Source: Asterionella formosa
Taxonomy: Eukaryota
DNA length: 55,376 nt
Assembly: GCA_002256025.1 (NCBI GenBank)
Contig: NKIB01013590.1
Span: forward strand, 1 to 55,376
Reading direction: 5' to 3'
A program made the position numbers and the translations under genes. Below the pieces are notes generated by a model. It worked only from the letters and a program-made list of their open reading frames with translations, made no database searches and was not told the origin of the DNA. This document shows, piece by piece, positions 13,430-25,977 of the stretch (its first letter is position 1; each line of letters begins with the position of its first letter).

Positions 13430-13860
13430 ATGTCAGCTTTCCTCTCATCTCCTGATGATGATGACATTATCATCACATTGCTACTGTTGGCAATATGCAA
13501 TCCATCAGTAAACAAGACACCATTCTTCAGTGAAAGGTTGACCATTGCTGAGGTCAGAAGAAGAAGTGGCAAAATCTGGCACTATGCAGCAAAAACATCC
13601 ATTGTCAAGTCCATTCTGTACTTTGTTTGCTCAACAGCAAGCATGATGACACTCTCATCACATTGTGTGGGTTTGACCATGCTTCATTCGAGCTCCTACA
13701 CCAGCTGTTTAAGCCTTGTTTTGATTCCTCTAATCCCTGAAAAAACAGATTTAATTGTATGAAATTCAACAACCAAGAATGGTCAGCGAAAACACCTCTG
13801 TTCCATCAGTTGTCTTGCGCTTGAGTTAGCATGAACCAGGAATCGTGGTTCCTATAAGTT
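13430..13860 (+). mobile_element. N-terminal fragment of a second PIF/Harbinger-type transposase
   Basis: Across frameshifts it reads RRRSGKI...DDTLITLCGFDHASFELLHQLFKPCFD...CLALELA*TRNRGS, resembling the N-terminal/HTH part of stramenopile PIF-like transposases; truncated. Confidence 0.55.
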
Positions 13861-13939
13861 CGCCAGGTGCCCTATGCACCTTGGGAGCCTTTTCTGACCA
13901 AACTAACTTAGTTTGCAACGTTTTTACTGGTACCAGCCA

Positions 13940-14460
13940 CACCGGAGGAGGTCTAATTTGTCTTTGTTTTGTTACATTTTCTTATCTAAAAATGTCGTGA
14001 TAAATGATTGTCCTTGTACTGCCAGACTTGCTGAGGCCGCATATAAAAAATCCGCTTCTTCTTCAAATTTCTTCTTCTTGTACTATGGTCTGCTTTTTAT
14101 GAGTCGCTCAAGTTTGATGCGGAACAGGTGAGAATCCCGGGCGCATGTCAAACCCTTATTTCTGTACAGCTCTCTAATCCTGAGATCTTTAGCTGATTCT
14201 GCAATTTTGGAGTTACTGTACTTGTTGAGGGCCTCATTTCCAGGTGAGCATAGATAACAACCAGATTTGGTGGGTCGCCGCTTTTGACCAACTAGTCCCT
14301 TTGGCATTGCTTTTCTATTTGCCCTCCTGGTTGTGGATAACTGCCTATTTGCAGGACTCGCTGACGATGTACCCCGCATTTTTAAATCCATACCAATATA
14401 AGTTTGATCTTTAAGTTCCTTGAGAATCATAGTTTTCGTCAATTGCGCTGTGCAGGGCAC
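13940..14460 (-). mobile_element. 3' fragment of a non-LTR retrotransposon ORF, same family as 45873-46625
   Basis: QTYIG..MRG, RELY..RDSHLF and KKKFEEEADFLYAASASLAVQGQ align with QTKIG..LRG, KQLY..RDSHLF and KKKKFLEKPDFLFEESARMAQKGQ. Confidence 0.6.
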
Positions 14461-15209
14461 GAAAACCAGTTGAAACCTCTGTGGCTTGTTTGATAACTTA
14501 TAATATAATTTTTTCTATCTACTCTTCAAATAGATGAGAAAACTATTTTGATTGTAATCTTGGAGAGGGAGCAACATCCCAAATGCAAGAAAATACCATT
14601 AAAAAATCTGTACTTATTTTCATGGACTTACTAATTGTCATTGTTCATGTTTCTATGGAATTCTTGATTAGGTCATTTCTGAGTTTAAGGTAGACATACA
14701 TGCAAACATCCAAGAATACACTAACGGTACTTTCCTATACCGGTATGTGGCTAGAAAAGTTGGATTGTGGAAAAGTCATGAATTCACATGACCATCTCAT
14801 CGTGCATATGATAATGCAACACTTTGGTGCAAATATATCAAACCCGACATATCCCAACCAAGCCACGAGCCAGTTAAGGTGATCATCAAGATCCATACTG
14901 GAATATACTATCAAAGTTTGAAGGAATTTTTGTATTTTATGGATATATAAATTTATTCATATACCTATATAAGTTGGAAACTGTCGATACATTGAAACAC
15001 ATATTACCGCATGTAGAACGAGAACAAGACAATTTTTTGTCAAGAACGAGAGATTATGTGTTCAATTATTTTTACATACATTTACATATATATATACGTC
15101 AAACGTGGGACGGCCGACGTTTCCCGCTTATTTTCTCATCCAGGAATGCAACATGAAGCAATGGAAAAGTTGACATGATGTAGAAGAGAGAAGAATTGTA
15201 AGAATCACC

Positions 15210-15914
15210 ATGAGTCGTAGCACGGATCCAGACCCTCTTGCTGTCTTCTGCTACAATGCTGGGTCAACATTGGAAGACATTCTTCTTCTAGAGGAAGAGG
15301 AGCTCATTGAATTATCGAAGAATATTGTAGGCAACAGTGTGTTGGAACATGCACGTGTAATAAAGCAATGGCGACATTGCAGGATGGCTGCCCTTGTGAA
15401 CAAGGAGGTAGAAGAAGAGATGGCATATGAGAGTCTCTTTAGAGTGAGTGAAGAAAGGCCGAAGGAGGAAGAGGAAGAAGAAGTGGTGGACTTACGGGCA
15501 GCATGGGAAAAGGAGTACTACTTACTCTACGGAAAGAATGTTGACGAGAGTGACGCCCCGATGCAAACGCCAGCAATGCGTCAAGAAGACCTGGGTGAGG
15601 ACTGGAATCAATACATCAGAAGACAAATTCAAGAGCAGATGAGTGAACAGCTTGCCGAAGAATTGGATCGACGAAAGGCAGAAATATTGCAAGCCGATTT
15701 ATTCGACGCACAACATGTTCCAAGAACCATTAGCACAGCGAACTCCACGTTGTCTGACGAGGAATCGACTTGGTTTGAAGAGGTGACACAAAGTGGTCAA
15801 CTCGCAATTTCTACTGTTGCATCTGACATGCTGGCGATTATGGAACAAGGAGTTTCACTCTTTTTCGGTAGACCTGCGCCGTCGCAGAAATATAAAAGTA
15901 GTCGGCAGAAGTAG
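15210..15914 (+). CDS. Hypothetical acidic/coiled-coil protein (234 aa)
   Basis: Clean ATG-initiated ORF with gene-like composition; no family recognised. Confidence 0.65.
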   Translation: MSRSTDPDPLAVFCYNAGSTLEDILLLEEEELIELSKNIVGNSVLEHARVIKQWRHCRMAALVNKEVEEEMAYESLFRVSEERPKEEEEEEVVDLRAAWEKEYYLLYGKNVDESDAPMQTPAMRQEDLGEDWNQYIRRQIQEQMSEQLAEELDRRKAEILQADLFDAQHVPRTISTANSTLSDEESTWFEEVTQSGQLAISTVASDMLAIMEQGVSLFFGRPAPSQKYKSSRQK

Positions 15915-16501
15915 GCTGTGAAACTCTTGAGCTGGGGCGGAGCAGAAGGCAACTTTCGGTCATTCGTAATTGCTTTCTTGATGACTCTGGATAGATCTTA
16001 TTGTGTTGCAGGTTGGTTGCTGTTTGAAGATACAAGTTAGATTACAGCGAGGAATACTTTTAGATTACAGCGAGGAATTGATGTTGTGCGTTTCCTGCTT
16101 CAAGTAATGTGTAAGAGTGTGCATAGCTTGTGATATCACTTGCAAGTGCCAGATGAAATAATGACGGGAGTACCACATGTATAGGAAGGTTCCCCATAGG
16201 CTTTGAAGTCATGGGGGCGGTATTTATCATTGACCCACTGAAAAGGCTACAATGAACCGGACTAGGTCTACTGATTGGATTCAGGAAATAGTTGATAACA
16301 GCAATTAGCATATGCATCGATAATGTTAAGAGTAACGATTTTATGTTTTGTGCTGCAGTTGTTCAACACCACCAATACCGAGCAAAGCAACACTGACAAG
16401 TCGCCCTACGGAACTGGCACGCGAAAAGAGGGAAATCGTCTAAAGATAGCTTTAAAAAAAATTGAGGATGGCCAGTGATTAGCAGTTTCCAATCAATGCT
16501 T

Positions 16502-17185
16502 TTAATTGCAGACCACATCTTTGCATTCCGTCGCTTTATCAACATCAAGTTGGTCCTCTATTTCAGGCTCAGAGTTGGCAAGACATTCCCTTGGTGTCGG
16601 TGGAAAAGCGTTTGTCGGTAAAATGATAGCAATATAGCCGTCTAATATAGAATCTCTTTCCAGTAACTCCACCGACATGTTGAGGTTGATCTCAATTAGG
16701 AGTCCCCAAAGTCCCGCCAAGACTGATATCACTGTCCCCGCCGCGTCCGTAAGTTCCATTATTGGTGTTGATGGCGTCACGGCGCCACTCACGTTACCGT
16801 TTCCCTTTGATACTTTCGAAAGTCGCTTGCGTCGTTCAGCGTTGGAACATTCTGACCCAGGTTGAACTAGATATTTGACAGAAACAATGTCAGAGGAGAT
16901 GTTTTCGCCCAGCGTCACAATGCACAATCCATTGGCATGTCGATGTACAGTGAGTTTGTTGTGAATTCGCGTTGCCGTTCTTTCCTTGGTTGCATCCTCT
17001 TGCTTGCACGTTTTTGTGTATTGATCACTATTGCTAACCGAAACGACCACGTCGAACGATGACTGGAAAAAGGAATGCGGAGTTCCTGGTCGACCTGTTG
17101 GTTCGCGGGCGACCACAGATACATTGTCATAATAGGTCTCCTGATAGGGATCATGTTGAAGCTTTCGCTTCTTTCCTTTCCCCAT
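16502..17185 (-). CDS. ABITRAM: Simiate/ABITRAM (FAM206A)-like protein
   Basis: HRHANGLCIVTLG, SKVSKG, GLWGLLIEIN and DGYIAIILP motifs; ATG at 17185 (MGKGKKRK). Confidence 0.7.
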   Translation of the reverse strand: MGKGKKRKLQHDPYQETYYDNVSVVAREPTGRPGTPHSFFQSSFDVVVSVSNSDQYTKTCKQEDATKERTATRIHNKLTVHRHANGLCIVTLGENISSDIVSVKYLVQPGSECSNAERRKRLSKVSKGNGNVSGAVTPSTPIMELTDAAGTVISVLAGLWGLLIEINLNMSVELLERDSILDGYIAIILPTNAFPPTPRECLANSEPEIEDQLDVDKATECKDVVCN

Positions 17186-17776
17186 GCTGGTGGTCAAAGG
17201 CAATATTATTCTATTTACAGCTCAATGTATTGCGGAGTGGTTGAATTGTAAGGGTCAGGACATCAAGAAGGATCGTCAGGACCAGAGTCTAATATGATTT
17301 CTATGCTGTTGATGGTTCTCTCAAAAATAAATTGCATTGCTTGCGGCTTGCTTCCACGACGGGTTTTTTTCAAATTGATTGTAAGTACCGTTACTGGTAC
17401 CGGTATGTACAACTCAGCCTACCCCTGATACCAGGGAACCAGTACCTGGTTCTACCTGTGCTCCTGCCTACATAAAATGAAATAAATGTATTTACACGTG
17501 TTTTATTTTTAGTTTGCATGAATATACCGGTATACTACATATTTTATCATACCTGGTACCAGGGTACCGCATCATTTCAAGACTTCGCTCTCGCACAGCC
17601 ACCCAATAATAACCGCTAATCGACACGAGTCGAGCCACCATCATCATGCATCATTTGACTGTGAATATGACGAATACTAAATCTGCTGGAGTGAAGACAT
17701 TTTATGCCCGAAACAATCCCCGTCAGGAAGCAATCTAGCAACTGGTACCTGGTACCAGGTACCATTATTCCCTTCC

Positions 17777-19081
17777 ATGTTTGGTGGGTCATTGTATTGG
17801 TGCATGCTACTATTGACACTTGTCGCCACAACAAGAGGAGTGCTAGGAAGCAGAGCTCTGTTCAAAACTGCCTCGTCGGCTTTTACCTTTTCTCAACTGC
17901 AAGCGGCGACACGTTTGCAGCAATCGAATACCGGTAGGCAGACCACATTCGTGTCACTGGCCACAATCAACGACATCATGTCGGCACCACAGACACACCC
18001 AGAAACCAAAGCCAAAATTGTATCATCGGAGCAGCTCCGAGAATGCGGGAAACGCCTTCGGCAAGGCGAGCTAGTGGCCTTTCCGACGGAAACGGTCTAC
18101 GGGTTGGGCTGTCATGCTCTCGACCCAGATGCCGTTCAGAAAGTATTTGCTGCCAAGGAGCGACCTTTGACGGATCCCTTGATAGTTCACGTCAATAATG
18201 CAGCAGATGCACTCAAATTGTGGCAAGCGCACTCCGACAAGGCCCTCCTCGCACTAACGACTACCTTTTGGCCGGGCCCACTCACCCTGGTGGCCAAGGC
18301 CGCCGCCAATGTTCCACAAATATTAATGGCCAATACTGGGTTTGTAGCCTGCCGGTCGCCCTCGCATCCAACAGCAAGGAAGTTAATTGATTATGCCCAA
18401 ATACCCATTGCAGCGCCATCGGCAAATAAATTTGGACATGTTAGCCCAACAAGGGCTGCACACGTATGGGACGATTTGCAATTCGAAGATGTGTGGATTG
18501 TCGATGCTGAAGAGGTGTGCAACGTGGGGGTCGAATCGACAGTGGCCAAGGTGATGGATGATGGACGTGTGACAATATTGAGACAAGGAGCCATTTCGGT
18601 GGAAGATATTGCAGCATGTTTGCAACAGGCTGGGTTGACACATGTGGTCGACAGTGATATCGCTAGGGCTGTCAACGATCATGTGGCGACAATAGCACCT
18701 GGTCAATCGATTCGACATTACTCGCCTAATATTCCAAGTTTTATTGTAGCATCTGCAATATGTACCGCACCACTAACCGCGGACGATAAATCGGCTCTGG
18801 ATACTGCCATTATTTTGGATTTCGGGGGACTGCTTCAGACTTGGAATGGTAGTGCCTTAGCTTATCGAGATTTGAGTACAACGGGAGACTCAGCCGAGGC
18901 AGCACGGGCCGTCTTTGAAGCTCTTAGATGGGCAGAACTGGTTGAAGGTGGATCACGAATCTTATTCCCAGAGTTGAAGTCTGTTGCGGGAACTGATGCT
19001 CTCACTTTGGCGCTCAAGGATCGGTTGACAAGAGCTGCTAGTGGCGTTGTTATTGACGCTCTCAGACAACAAATTGGGTAA
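17777..19081 (+). CDS. SUA5: Threonylcarbamoyl-AMP synthase (Sua5/YrdC, t6A37 biosynthesis) with N-terminal extension
   Basis: VAFPTETVYGLG, KERPLTDPLIVHV, FWPGPLTL, AAPSAN, VGVESTV and the PGQ..RHYSP linker before a Sua5 C-domain. Confidence 0.95.
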   Translation: MFGGSLYWCMLLLTLVATTRGVLGSRALFKTASSAFTFSQLQAATRLQQSNTGRQTTFVSLATINDIMSAPQTHPETKAKIVSSEQLRECGKRLRQGELVAFPTETVYGLGCHALDPDAVQKVFAAKERPLTDPLIVHVNNAADALKLWQAHSDKALLALTTTFWPGPLTLVAKAAANVPQILMANTGFVACRSPSHPTARKLIDYAQIPIAAPSANKFGHVSPTRAAHVWDDLQFEDVWIVDAEEVCNVGVESTVAKVMDDGRVTILRQGAISVEDIAACLQQAGLTHVVDSDIARAVNDHVATIAPGQSIRHYSPNIPSFIVASAICTAPLTADDKSALDTAIILDFGGLLQTWNGSALAYRDLSTTGDSAEAARAVFEALRWAELVEGGSRILFPELKSVAGTDALTLALKDRLTRAASGVVIDALRQQIG

Positions 19082-19502
19082 AAAAGATGACATAAAATGA
19101 CTGCGAAGGCAAGCACTAGAATTATTTTGTACTGTCACGTTTCAAAATAGCAATTTTACAAGAACTGTAAACTACACTATTTTTTTGATGTGTTGCGGAA
19201 TCGCAATCTCAACACTAATGGATCATATATAGGGTCCAAAAAAGGGGAATTCAGGCAACACAAGCACGCAGTCGAAGTTTTCTCGATCAAGTATGACAGA
19301 TCTCTAATCATTTACACGGTGATACAGCGGCTGACGACGAAGCCTAGCGACCACGTTGAGTACAGCAAAAGCTAACGTTAAATCGCACAAGAATGTACTC
19401 TAATGCGTGCTTGGTACATCGCAAACAATCTTTTGATAAATGCTCCCTCATCTATACTAGGAAGCAGCCAAGTTCCATGTACGGCCTGCGCTGGATATAT
19501 CT

Positions 19503-21850
19503 TTAAGAATTTTCGCTCTCCTCTTTTTCTTTCTCCAACTTGTACTTAGCCATGAGCTCCTCTTGGACGTTTCTCATGACAGGAGTATGCTTCATATACT
19601 CCATCGAGAACTCCCCTTTCCCTTGCGTTTGTGACCTAATCTCTGTGGAATATCCAAACATATTGCTCAGCGGAACTTCAGCCAAAATCTTGACTCCACT
19701 TCCATCCTCGTTCATATCACTGCTTTGAATCAATCCCATTCTTTTGTTTAAGCCAGCAACAACGGTTCCTTGAAACTCGGTGGGCGCATCGACTTCCACT
19801 GTCATGATTGGCTCCAAAACACTAGGGCCTGCTAGTTTCATGGCATTACGGATCGCACTAGCCATACAGATGCGAAAGGCCAAATCGGAGGAATCGACAG
19901 CATGACTGGCTCCGTCGTTCAAGACAACCCGAAGACCTTCAACCTCAGCTCCAACCAATGCTCCCTCTGTCACAGCGTCGTTCATGCCCTTTTCGCAGCT
20001 TGGGTAGTATTCAGGAGGAATATTCGTACCAATCAGTTGATTGCAAAACTCGTTGACAGTTCCTGCTTCTTTTATGTCATCTTCCGTCATGGGCTCAATG
20101 TAGCCTACAACTCGGGCGTATTGACCTGCACCACCAGTTTGCTTCTTGTGCAGGTAGTCGAATTCTTGTCGGTGACTGATCGTCTCTTTGTAGTTCACCC
20201 TGGGCTGCCCAACGATGCATTCAACATTGTATTCACGAACCATTCGTTCCACATATACTTCCAAGTGAAGCTCTCCCATTCCACTCAAAATAGTTTCGTT
20301 GGTTTCCGTGTCCACCTTTAGTCGCAGCGTAGGATCTTCCTTTATGAATTTGGCCAGAGCCTTACCAAAATTGTTTTGCATTGCTGATTGCTTAGGCTTG
20401 ACTGCCAAGCTCATGACAGGTTCTGGCACATACATACTGCTCATGGCAAGATTTGTGGGACCATCACTGAAGGTGTCCATGGATTTGCAGTCGACCCCGA
20501 ATATTGCCACAACTTCGCCTGCACCAGCCCGATCAATCTCCTCCATGTCGTCTGAATGCATTCTAACGATACGGGAGAGCTTAATTCTCTTGCCATCACT
20601 AACATTGGTAATGTGCATGCCTCGTTTAAGCGTGCCCTGATATATGCGCATGTAGGTGAGTTGACCAAAGGGGGTTTCTTCCAATTTGAAGGCCAGAGCC
20701 AAGAGTGGATCCTTGTGGGTGCCTGAAATCTTGACTGGTGCTTCGTTCTGTGATCGATCTAGAGCAAAGTTTTCCTTTTCGTGTGGTTCTGGCAGGTACG
20801 AGAGAACCCCGTCCAACAAAGGCTGTACTCCCTTGTTCTTGAAGGCAGATCCCATGAATACAGGTACAAACTTGCAGGCCAGTGTCTGACGACGAATGGC
20901 CGTCTTGAGAAGATCAGTATCAGGAAGTTCCTCCATCAGAAAGAGTTCTGCAACTTCATCGTCAGCGTCAGCTAACTTTTCAATGAGTTCCAAGCGCTTT
21001 GTTTGCATCATCTCGATCATCGATGAAGGAGGCTCAATCTCCCTAATGATTTCACCATTGTCTCCTTCAAAAATATATGCCTTCTCTTCGACAATATCTA
21101 CGATACCAGTATATTCGCCTTCCAATCCAATGGGAATCTGAACCGCGGCTGCGTTTAACTTGAGAATCTTTCTCAAATCCTCAATGACCTTCCATGGATT
21201 GGACCCCTGTCGATCTAGCTTGTTGATAAACGCTAAACGGGGTACATTGTATCGCTTCATTTGTCGATCTACGGTCAAGGATTGCGACTGTACGCCACTC
21301 ACCCCACAAAGCACAAGGATTCCGCCATCCAACACTCTCAATGCTCGCTCCACCTCAATGGTAAAGTCCACGTGACCGGGCGTATCAATAATATTAATGT
21401 GTGCATCTTTCCACTTGCAAAAAGTGGCAGCCGACTGAATGGTAATACCCTTTTCCCGTTCTAAATCCATCGAATCCATCTTTGCCCCAACTCCGTCTTT
21501 GCCTCGTACATCGTGAATCGCATTGATGCGCCCTGTGTAGAAGAGAATGCGCTCAGTCAACGTCGTCTTGCCACTGCGGAATGACGAGTTAGAGTCGTTC
21601 GTATCTTTTGAGACCTATCAGCTTAGTGACGTTTCATTCATGCTGGTAGTAGTGGCATACTTGGTCACAAAAGGATCAACGCCTCCGCCAACACGTACCT
21701 ATCAATGTGAGCGCTGATTCCAATGTTGCGATGCATTGTTTCTGCACTACTGAACCATCTGTTGCTTAACGACAGGGAAGGCGAGATTCTTCTCCTTGAG
21801 AACAGGAATGACGGCGTGGCCGAGGCAAACCGCAGCAATGAAGTCGCCAT
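19503..21850 (-). CDS. GFM1: Elongation factor G, mitochondrial; exons 21850-21699, 21573-19503
   Basis: Mitochondrial-type leader; [18 protein letters not shown] is restored by removing intron 21574-21698; [33 protein letters not shown]. Confidence 0.96.
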
Positions 21851-22104
21851 GGTGGGAGAAAACGAAATGTGTGATGAATATAAAAATGTATTGGCGGTGG
21901 AGGAAATAAAGTGAGGCCATCATTGTGTCGTATGTAGATAATAATGAGGTGGTACCTGGTACAGTATCAGGTACCAGGTACCAGGTACCCTACCAGTACC
22001 ACTACCTCTACGATAAACAGTAACACCGGTACCAGGGTGTCAGTTACATAGGAGTATTTTGGTAGAACCAGACAACGGTACCATGTACCAGGTATTAGGT
22101 AAAT

Positions 22105-22192
22105 CAAGTTGCGGTCATTTTGCTTCAACTAACATTTTAATCTGGGATAAAATCAGCTAAATCTTTAGTTTCAGCAAAATTACCGCAACTTG
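22105..22192 (+). mobile_element. 88-bp MITE family 1, copy 1
   Basis: ~20-bp TIRs CAAGTTGCGGTCATTTTGCT / AGCAAAATTACCGCAACTTG; five same-length copies in the window. Confidence 0.85.
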
Positions 22193-22463
22193 CAAGGTAG
22201 GGTAGGTAACTGGCACTTTAAAATAAACACCGTACCGGTAGACTAACTAACATACCTGGTACTGGTACCACCGGTATAAAGAAATGTGCTGGTTTATTTT
22301 ATGTTGTACCGGTATTCCATGAAGTAAGAAAATATATATTGTTATATTTCATGTGCACCATGTACGAAAAATAATGATGTTGACTCGTCGTTCCGGTAGG
22401 CATCCCTTTATCACTTGCTGGTCAGCATCCTCGTCTCGCTCATCTAACTCAAACTCCAGAAGA

Positions 22464-23891
22464 ATGAAGACATGCAAAATCTCAATGAGAGTGGCCATGG
22501 CAACTTGCACTCTCCTTTGCAGCAGCTGGAATCCAAGGACTGAGGCATTTTCCCCTCGACACTTGTGCCATGCAGTTCATCACACGTCCTCCTTCACAAC
22601 AGAAATACATGTATCAAGGTCACTGCACAATCAAAGTAACAATCGAGGTAATTCAGATTGCACCAATGAACCATCATCAGGAATCCTCACCGACGACGAA
22701 TTGCGCGACCGCCTGCGCCAGGCCTACGAATTCGGCGAAACGGATGGGATTCTCGATCTCGCCTCCACTACGAAGCTCGCCGACGACTACGACCTAGACA
22801 ACCTATTCGTTACGTTCATGGAAGCTGCTTCCTACAATAAGGGCAAGGCAGCTGGGATTATCAATGGATGGATTGGTTCGTGTTGTTTGATGAACGATCG
22901 GGAGCAAGGCGCGACGCTGGCCTGGAAGTTGCTACGCGCCTACGACGACAATGAAATGGGCATCAATCCCGATATAGTAACGTTCTCGTTAGTTTACAGT
23001 GCATTGGTACGTACGGATCAAGAGGAATTTCATGTATTGGCGAATATTGTGATGGAGCGAGCAGAACAACTGAGTAAGAAGGAGGGAGGATCCAAACGTC
23101 GCAGAGCGTTGGCGGCGTCAAATAGAAAAATTTCAAATCCTAATAATGTGGACCTTTCGCCCTTTGGAATCAAAGTACTACATGAAACTCCTCATTTGAT
23201 GGTTTTGTCTAAACCGAGTGGCATGGTGTGTTTCCATAAGAAGTCAACGACAGCTGGCAAACTGACCAAATCGAGAATAAAGAATCAAACAGGAAGTCAA
23301 GGCGACGAGGCAAGAATCGATGTTAGCTTACAAGATGCGTTGCTACATGCCGGAATTCCATTGTCAACGCTAAACGCGGAATGCAGAGGCTTGGTGCATC
23401 GGATTGATCGAGGAACGTCTGGATGCATTGTCTTGGCCAAGACGAATGATATGCATGCCAAACTAGTGACTGAGTTCTTTTTAAGAAAAGCCAAGAAATC
23501 TTACCAAGCCTTGGTAAAAGTGAGAGACGAAAAGCAAATTCCGGAAGAGGGAGAAATTTCTGTGAGCATCGGTGGGAGACCCGCAAAGTCGACCTATGTC
23601 ATGGAGGAGCGAATCAACAACTACGCGAGACTCCGATTGAATACTTTGACTGGCCGTAAACATCAAGTTCGAATACACTGTGCCCAGGGGTTGGATGCTC
23701 CAATTCTGTTGGATCTGCTGTATGGTGACGATAAGTTGGTGTGTCCCAAACCTATCATGAATTTGTCGCAGGATGGACAACGATTCTTTCTTCATGCTTC
23801 GTCGTTGCATCTCATGGAATTTGGTATTGACTGCGAGGCAGCACTTCCGAGTTGGTGGCAGGATGCAATGGATATTTTAAGAAAGGAGTAA
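22464..23891 (+). CDS. RluA-family RNA pseudouridine synthase with long N-terminal extension, possibly plastid-targeted; start uncertain
   Basis: KPSGM, GLVHRIDRGTSG (catalytic Asp), TGRKHQVRIH and FLHAS motifs; TEA-FSP after a hydrophobic stretch resembles the diatom ASAFAP cleavage site. Confidence 0.88.
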   Translation: MKTCKISMRVAMATCTLLCSSWNPRTEAFSPRHLCHAVHHTSSFTTEIHVSRSLHNQSNNRGNSDCTNEPSSGILTDDELRDRLRQAYEFGETDGILDLASTTKLADDYDLDNLFVTFMEAASYNKGKAAGIINGWIGSCCLMNDREQGATLAWKLLRAYDDNEMGINPDIVTFSLVYSALVRTDQEEFHVLANIVMERAEQLSKKEGGSKRRRALAASNRKISNPNNVDLSPFGIKVLHETPHLMVLSKPSGMVCFHKKSTTAGKLTKSRIKNQTGSQGDEARIDVSLQDALLHAGIPLSTLNAECRGLVHRIDRGTSGCIVLAKTNDMHAKLVTEFFLRKAKKSYQALVKVRDEKQIPEEGEISVSIGGRPAKSTYVMEERINNYARLRLNTLTGRKHQVRIHCAQGLDAPILLDLLYGDDKLVCPKPIMNLSQDGQRFFLHASSLHLMEFGIDCEAALPSWWQDAMDILRKE

Positions 23892-24027
23892 TGTTGTTTG
23901 ACTTTTAGAAAGGAAGTCTAAAGTGTTAATTGGTCATCATCAATGTAGCTTTGTTGGGCAATCTCCAAGGTAAACTGTAACATGAGCATGAACGGTGAGC
24001 CATTGCAATTGTATTTGCCATGATGAG

Positions 24028-24294
24028 TGTTAGGACGTGTACATATGACTACCAGTATGGTACATGCATATGATGATGGGTGGACTGTGGTCCACCACAA
24101 ACAAGAAAAAAGCCACGTAGGCAATGAAAAGTGCAATTTCACTACAGAATAGAGTAATAATTCGATTTTCACATTGAATGCTCACTTTAATAATTATCTG
24201 GTTTACAAGTGATAAAACCACTCTGTGTGAATGCTCTCCTGATCCTGTTGTCTTATCAACACAGTTGGGGAACACTAACACCATATTTTCAACA
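24028..24294 (+). repeat. Candidate 5' LTR of the Copia element; left boundary uncertain
   Basis: TG..CA-bounded segment ending TTTCAACA just upstream of the gag region; no second LTR found to confirm it. Confidence 0.35.
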
Positions 24295-24316
24295 TAATTA
24301 AGTGAAGAAAAGCGAA

Positions 24317-25977
24317 CATGGGATCTAGTGACAGCATTAGTCCCAGAGATGACAGCACTACCACTCCACCCAAAGGAAAAGAAGGAATCGGTGGAAACCT
24401 TCAAGAAGCCACAGAAATACGGTTATCACAAGCATGTGGTACCAAGACAGCTCAAGTTTGAGGGCAAATGTGATGATCTGAAGGGTCACAGACATGACTG
24501 CTCTGATGCAAGACAGTCAGACATGTTTATGAAGACAACGAAAGAAATTGGAGAATATGTTGGAAGAACCTACAAATATGGTGGGGATATTCAGTTGGTT
24601 GTTGAGAATCTGGAGATACCAGTCATGGCAGAATCAAATGATCCACCCGAAAATGCGCCCAGGACACAAGAGAGAATCTGGGAAAAGCAGGTTGATGAGT
24701 TTGTCAAGCTTTGTAGATACCTTGCTGAAAATGTGAAGACTCTATACTAATTGGTGTGGGGAAAGTGCACCAACATAATGTGTCAGAAGATCAAGGCATT
24801 GGACATGTTTGATGAAATGTTGAAAGCCACCAGTAATGGATTATCATTGTTGAAGGCCATTAAGGATATGGCATCATACAACTTCCAGACAAGCCAAAAG
24901 TATCTTCCTCGCTCTCTACATGAGTCCAAGCACCGATTTTACCTGTGTGCATAAGGAAGGTTTGCAACAACTCAAGAAGCGTACCCAGAACAGTTTCAAA
25001 ATGTAATCAATGTCATTGAACACAGTGGTGGGTCTGTTGGGCGTGACACAGGAATTTAAAAAATTATTGCCACAGAACAAGAAGGAATGAACTTGTCAAC
25101 AATGTCAGCAGGGGCCATGAGGGATGAACTAAAAAGGGAGACAGAAGGACGATATCTTGCAGTTGCTTTTTACTTGGAGCCAACCAATCACATTTCGGAA
25201 GACTGATTGAGAGCTTAGAGAATGATTTCTTGCAAGGCAAGAACAATTATCCCAGTACAGTTACCGCTGCATAATACCATCTCCAGACAAATTGGAAACA
25301 GGGCCCACGTAATTTGGCTGATGCGTTCAATGCAGCCTGCGAGTGATGGTGTGTCATTCATAAATGTTGATGATAATGAAAATGATCCTGAAGTAACCCT
25401 TGCAATCAATGGACAATCGAAGAAGAACAATGGGACACGCGGCGATAATGCCAGTGCAACATGTCACAAATGTGGGAAACAAGGGCACTAGCTATGCAAA
25501 TGAATGCAATGAAGAATACCAGACAGGTGCAACAACAATGCTTATGACCAGCATGGAAGATGGGGAGTTTGATGCCAAAAAACATTTCCAATTCCTCCAG
25601 GATGATAATGGAATCTCGATGAAGCAAGATTTGAGCAGATGGGCATGTTCCTAAGGCATGGATTCTGCTTGACAACCAGTCGACAGTGGATGTGTTCCAC
25701 AATGCTTCCATACTATGCAACATCAGGGAGCGAAAGGAAGACCCACATGGATATCAACTGCAATGCAGGAGTCACAAGCACCAACATGGTTGGAGATTTG
25801 CCTGGGTACGGTGCAGTATGGTACCACCCCAATGGTGGCATTGGTGCAACTATTCTCTTGCTATCACGAGTTAGGGAGCAAGGTTACTGAGTCACATATG
25901 ACAGTGCAGATGGCAATGAATTTATTGTCCACAAACCCGCCGGTGACACTGAAAGGGTGTTCAAGGAATCTGAGAGG
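24317..25977 (+). mobile_element. Ty1/Copia (CoDi-type) gag-protease remnant, degenerate
   Basis: KFEGKCDDLKGH..TTKEIGEYVG, zinc knuckle CHKCGKQGH..NEC, WILLDNQSTVDVF protease motif, GDLPGYGAVWYHP; ends RVFKESER. Confidence 0.88.

Noticed and set aside
19540..21464. Many plus-strand ORFs over EF-G, and similar shadows over Sua5, UBA4 and PUF
   Set aside because: They are antisense or alternate-frame shadows of real genes
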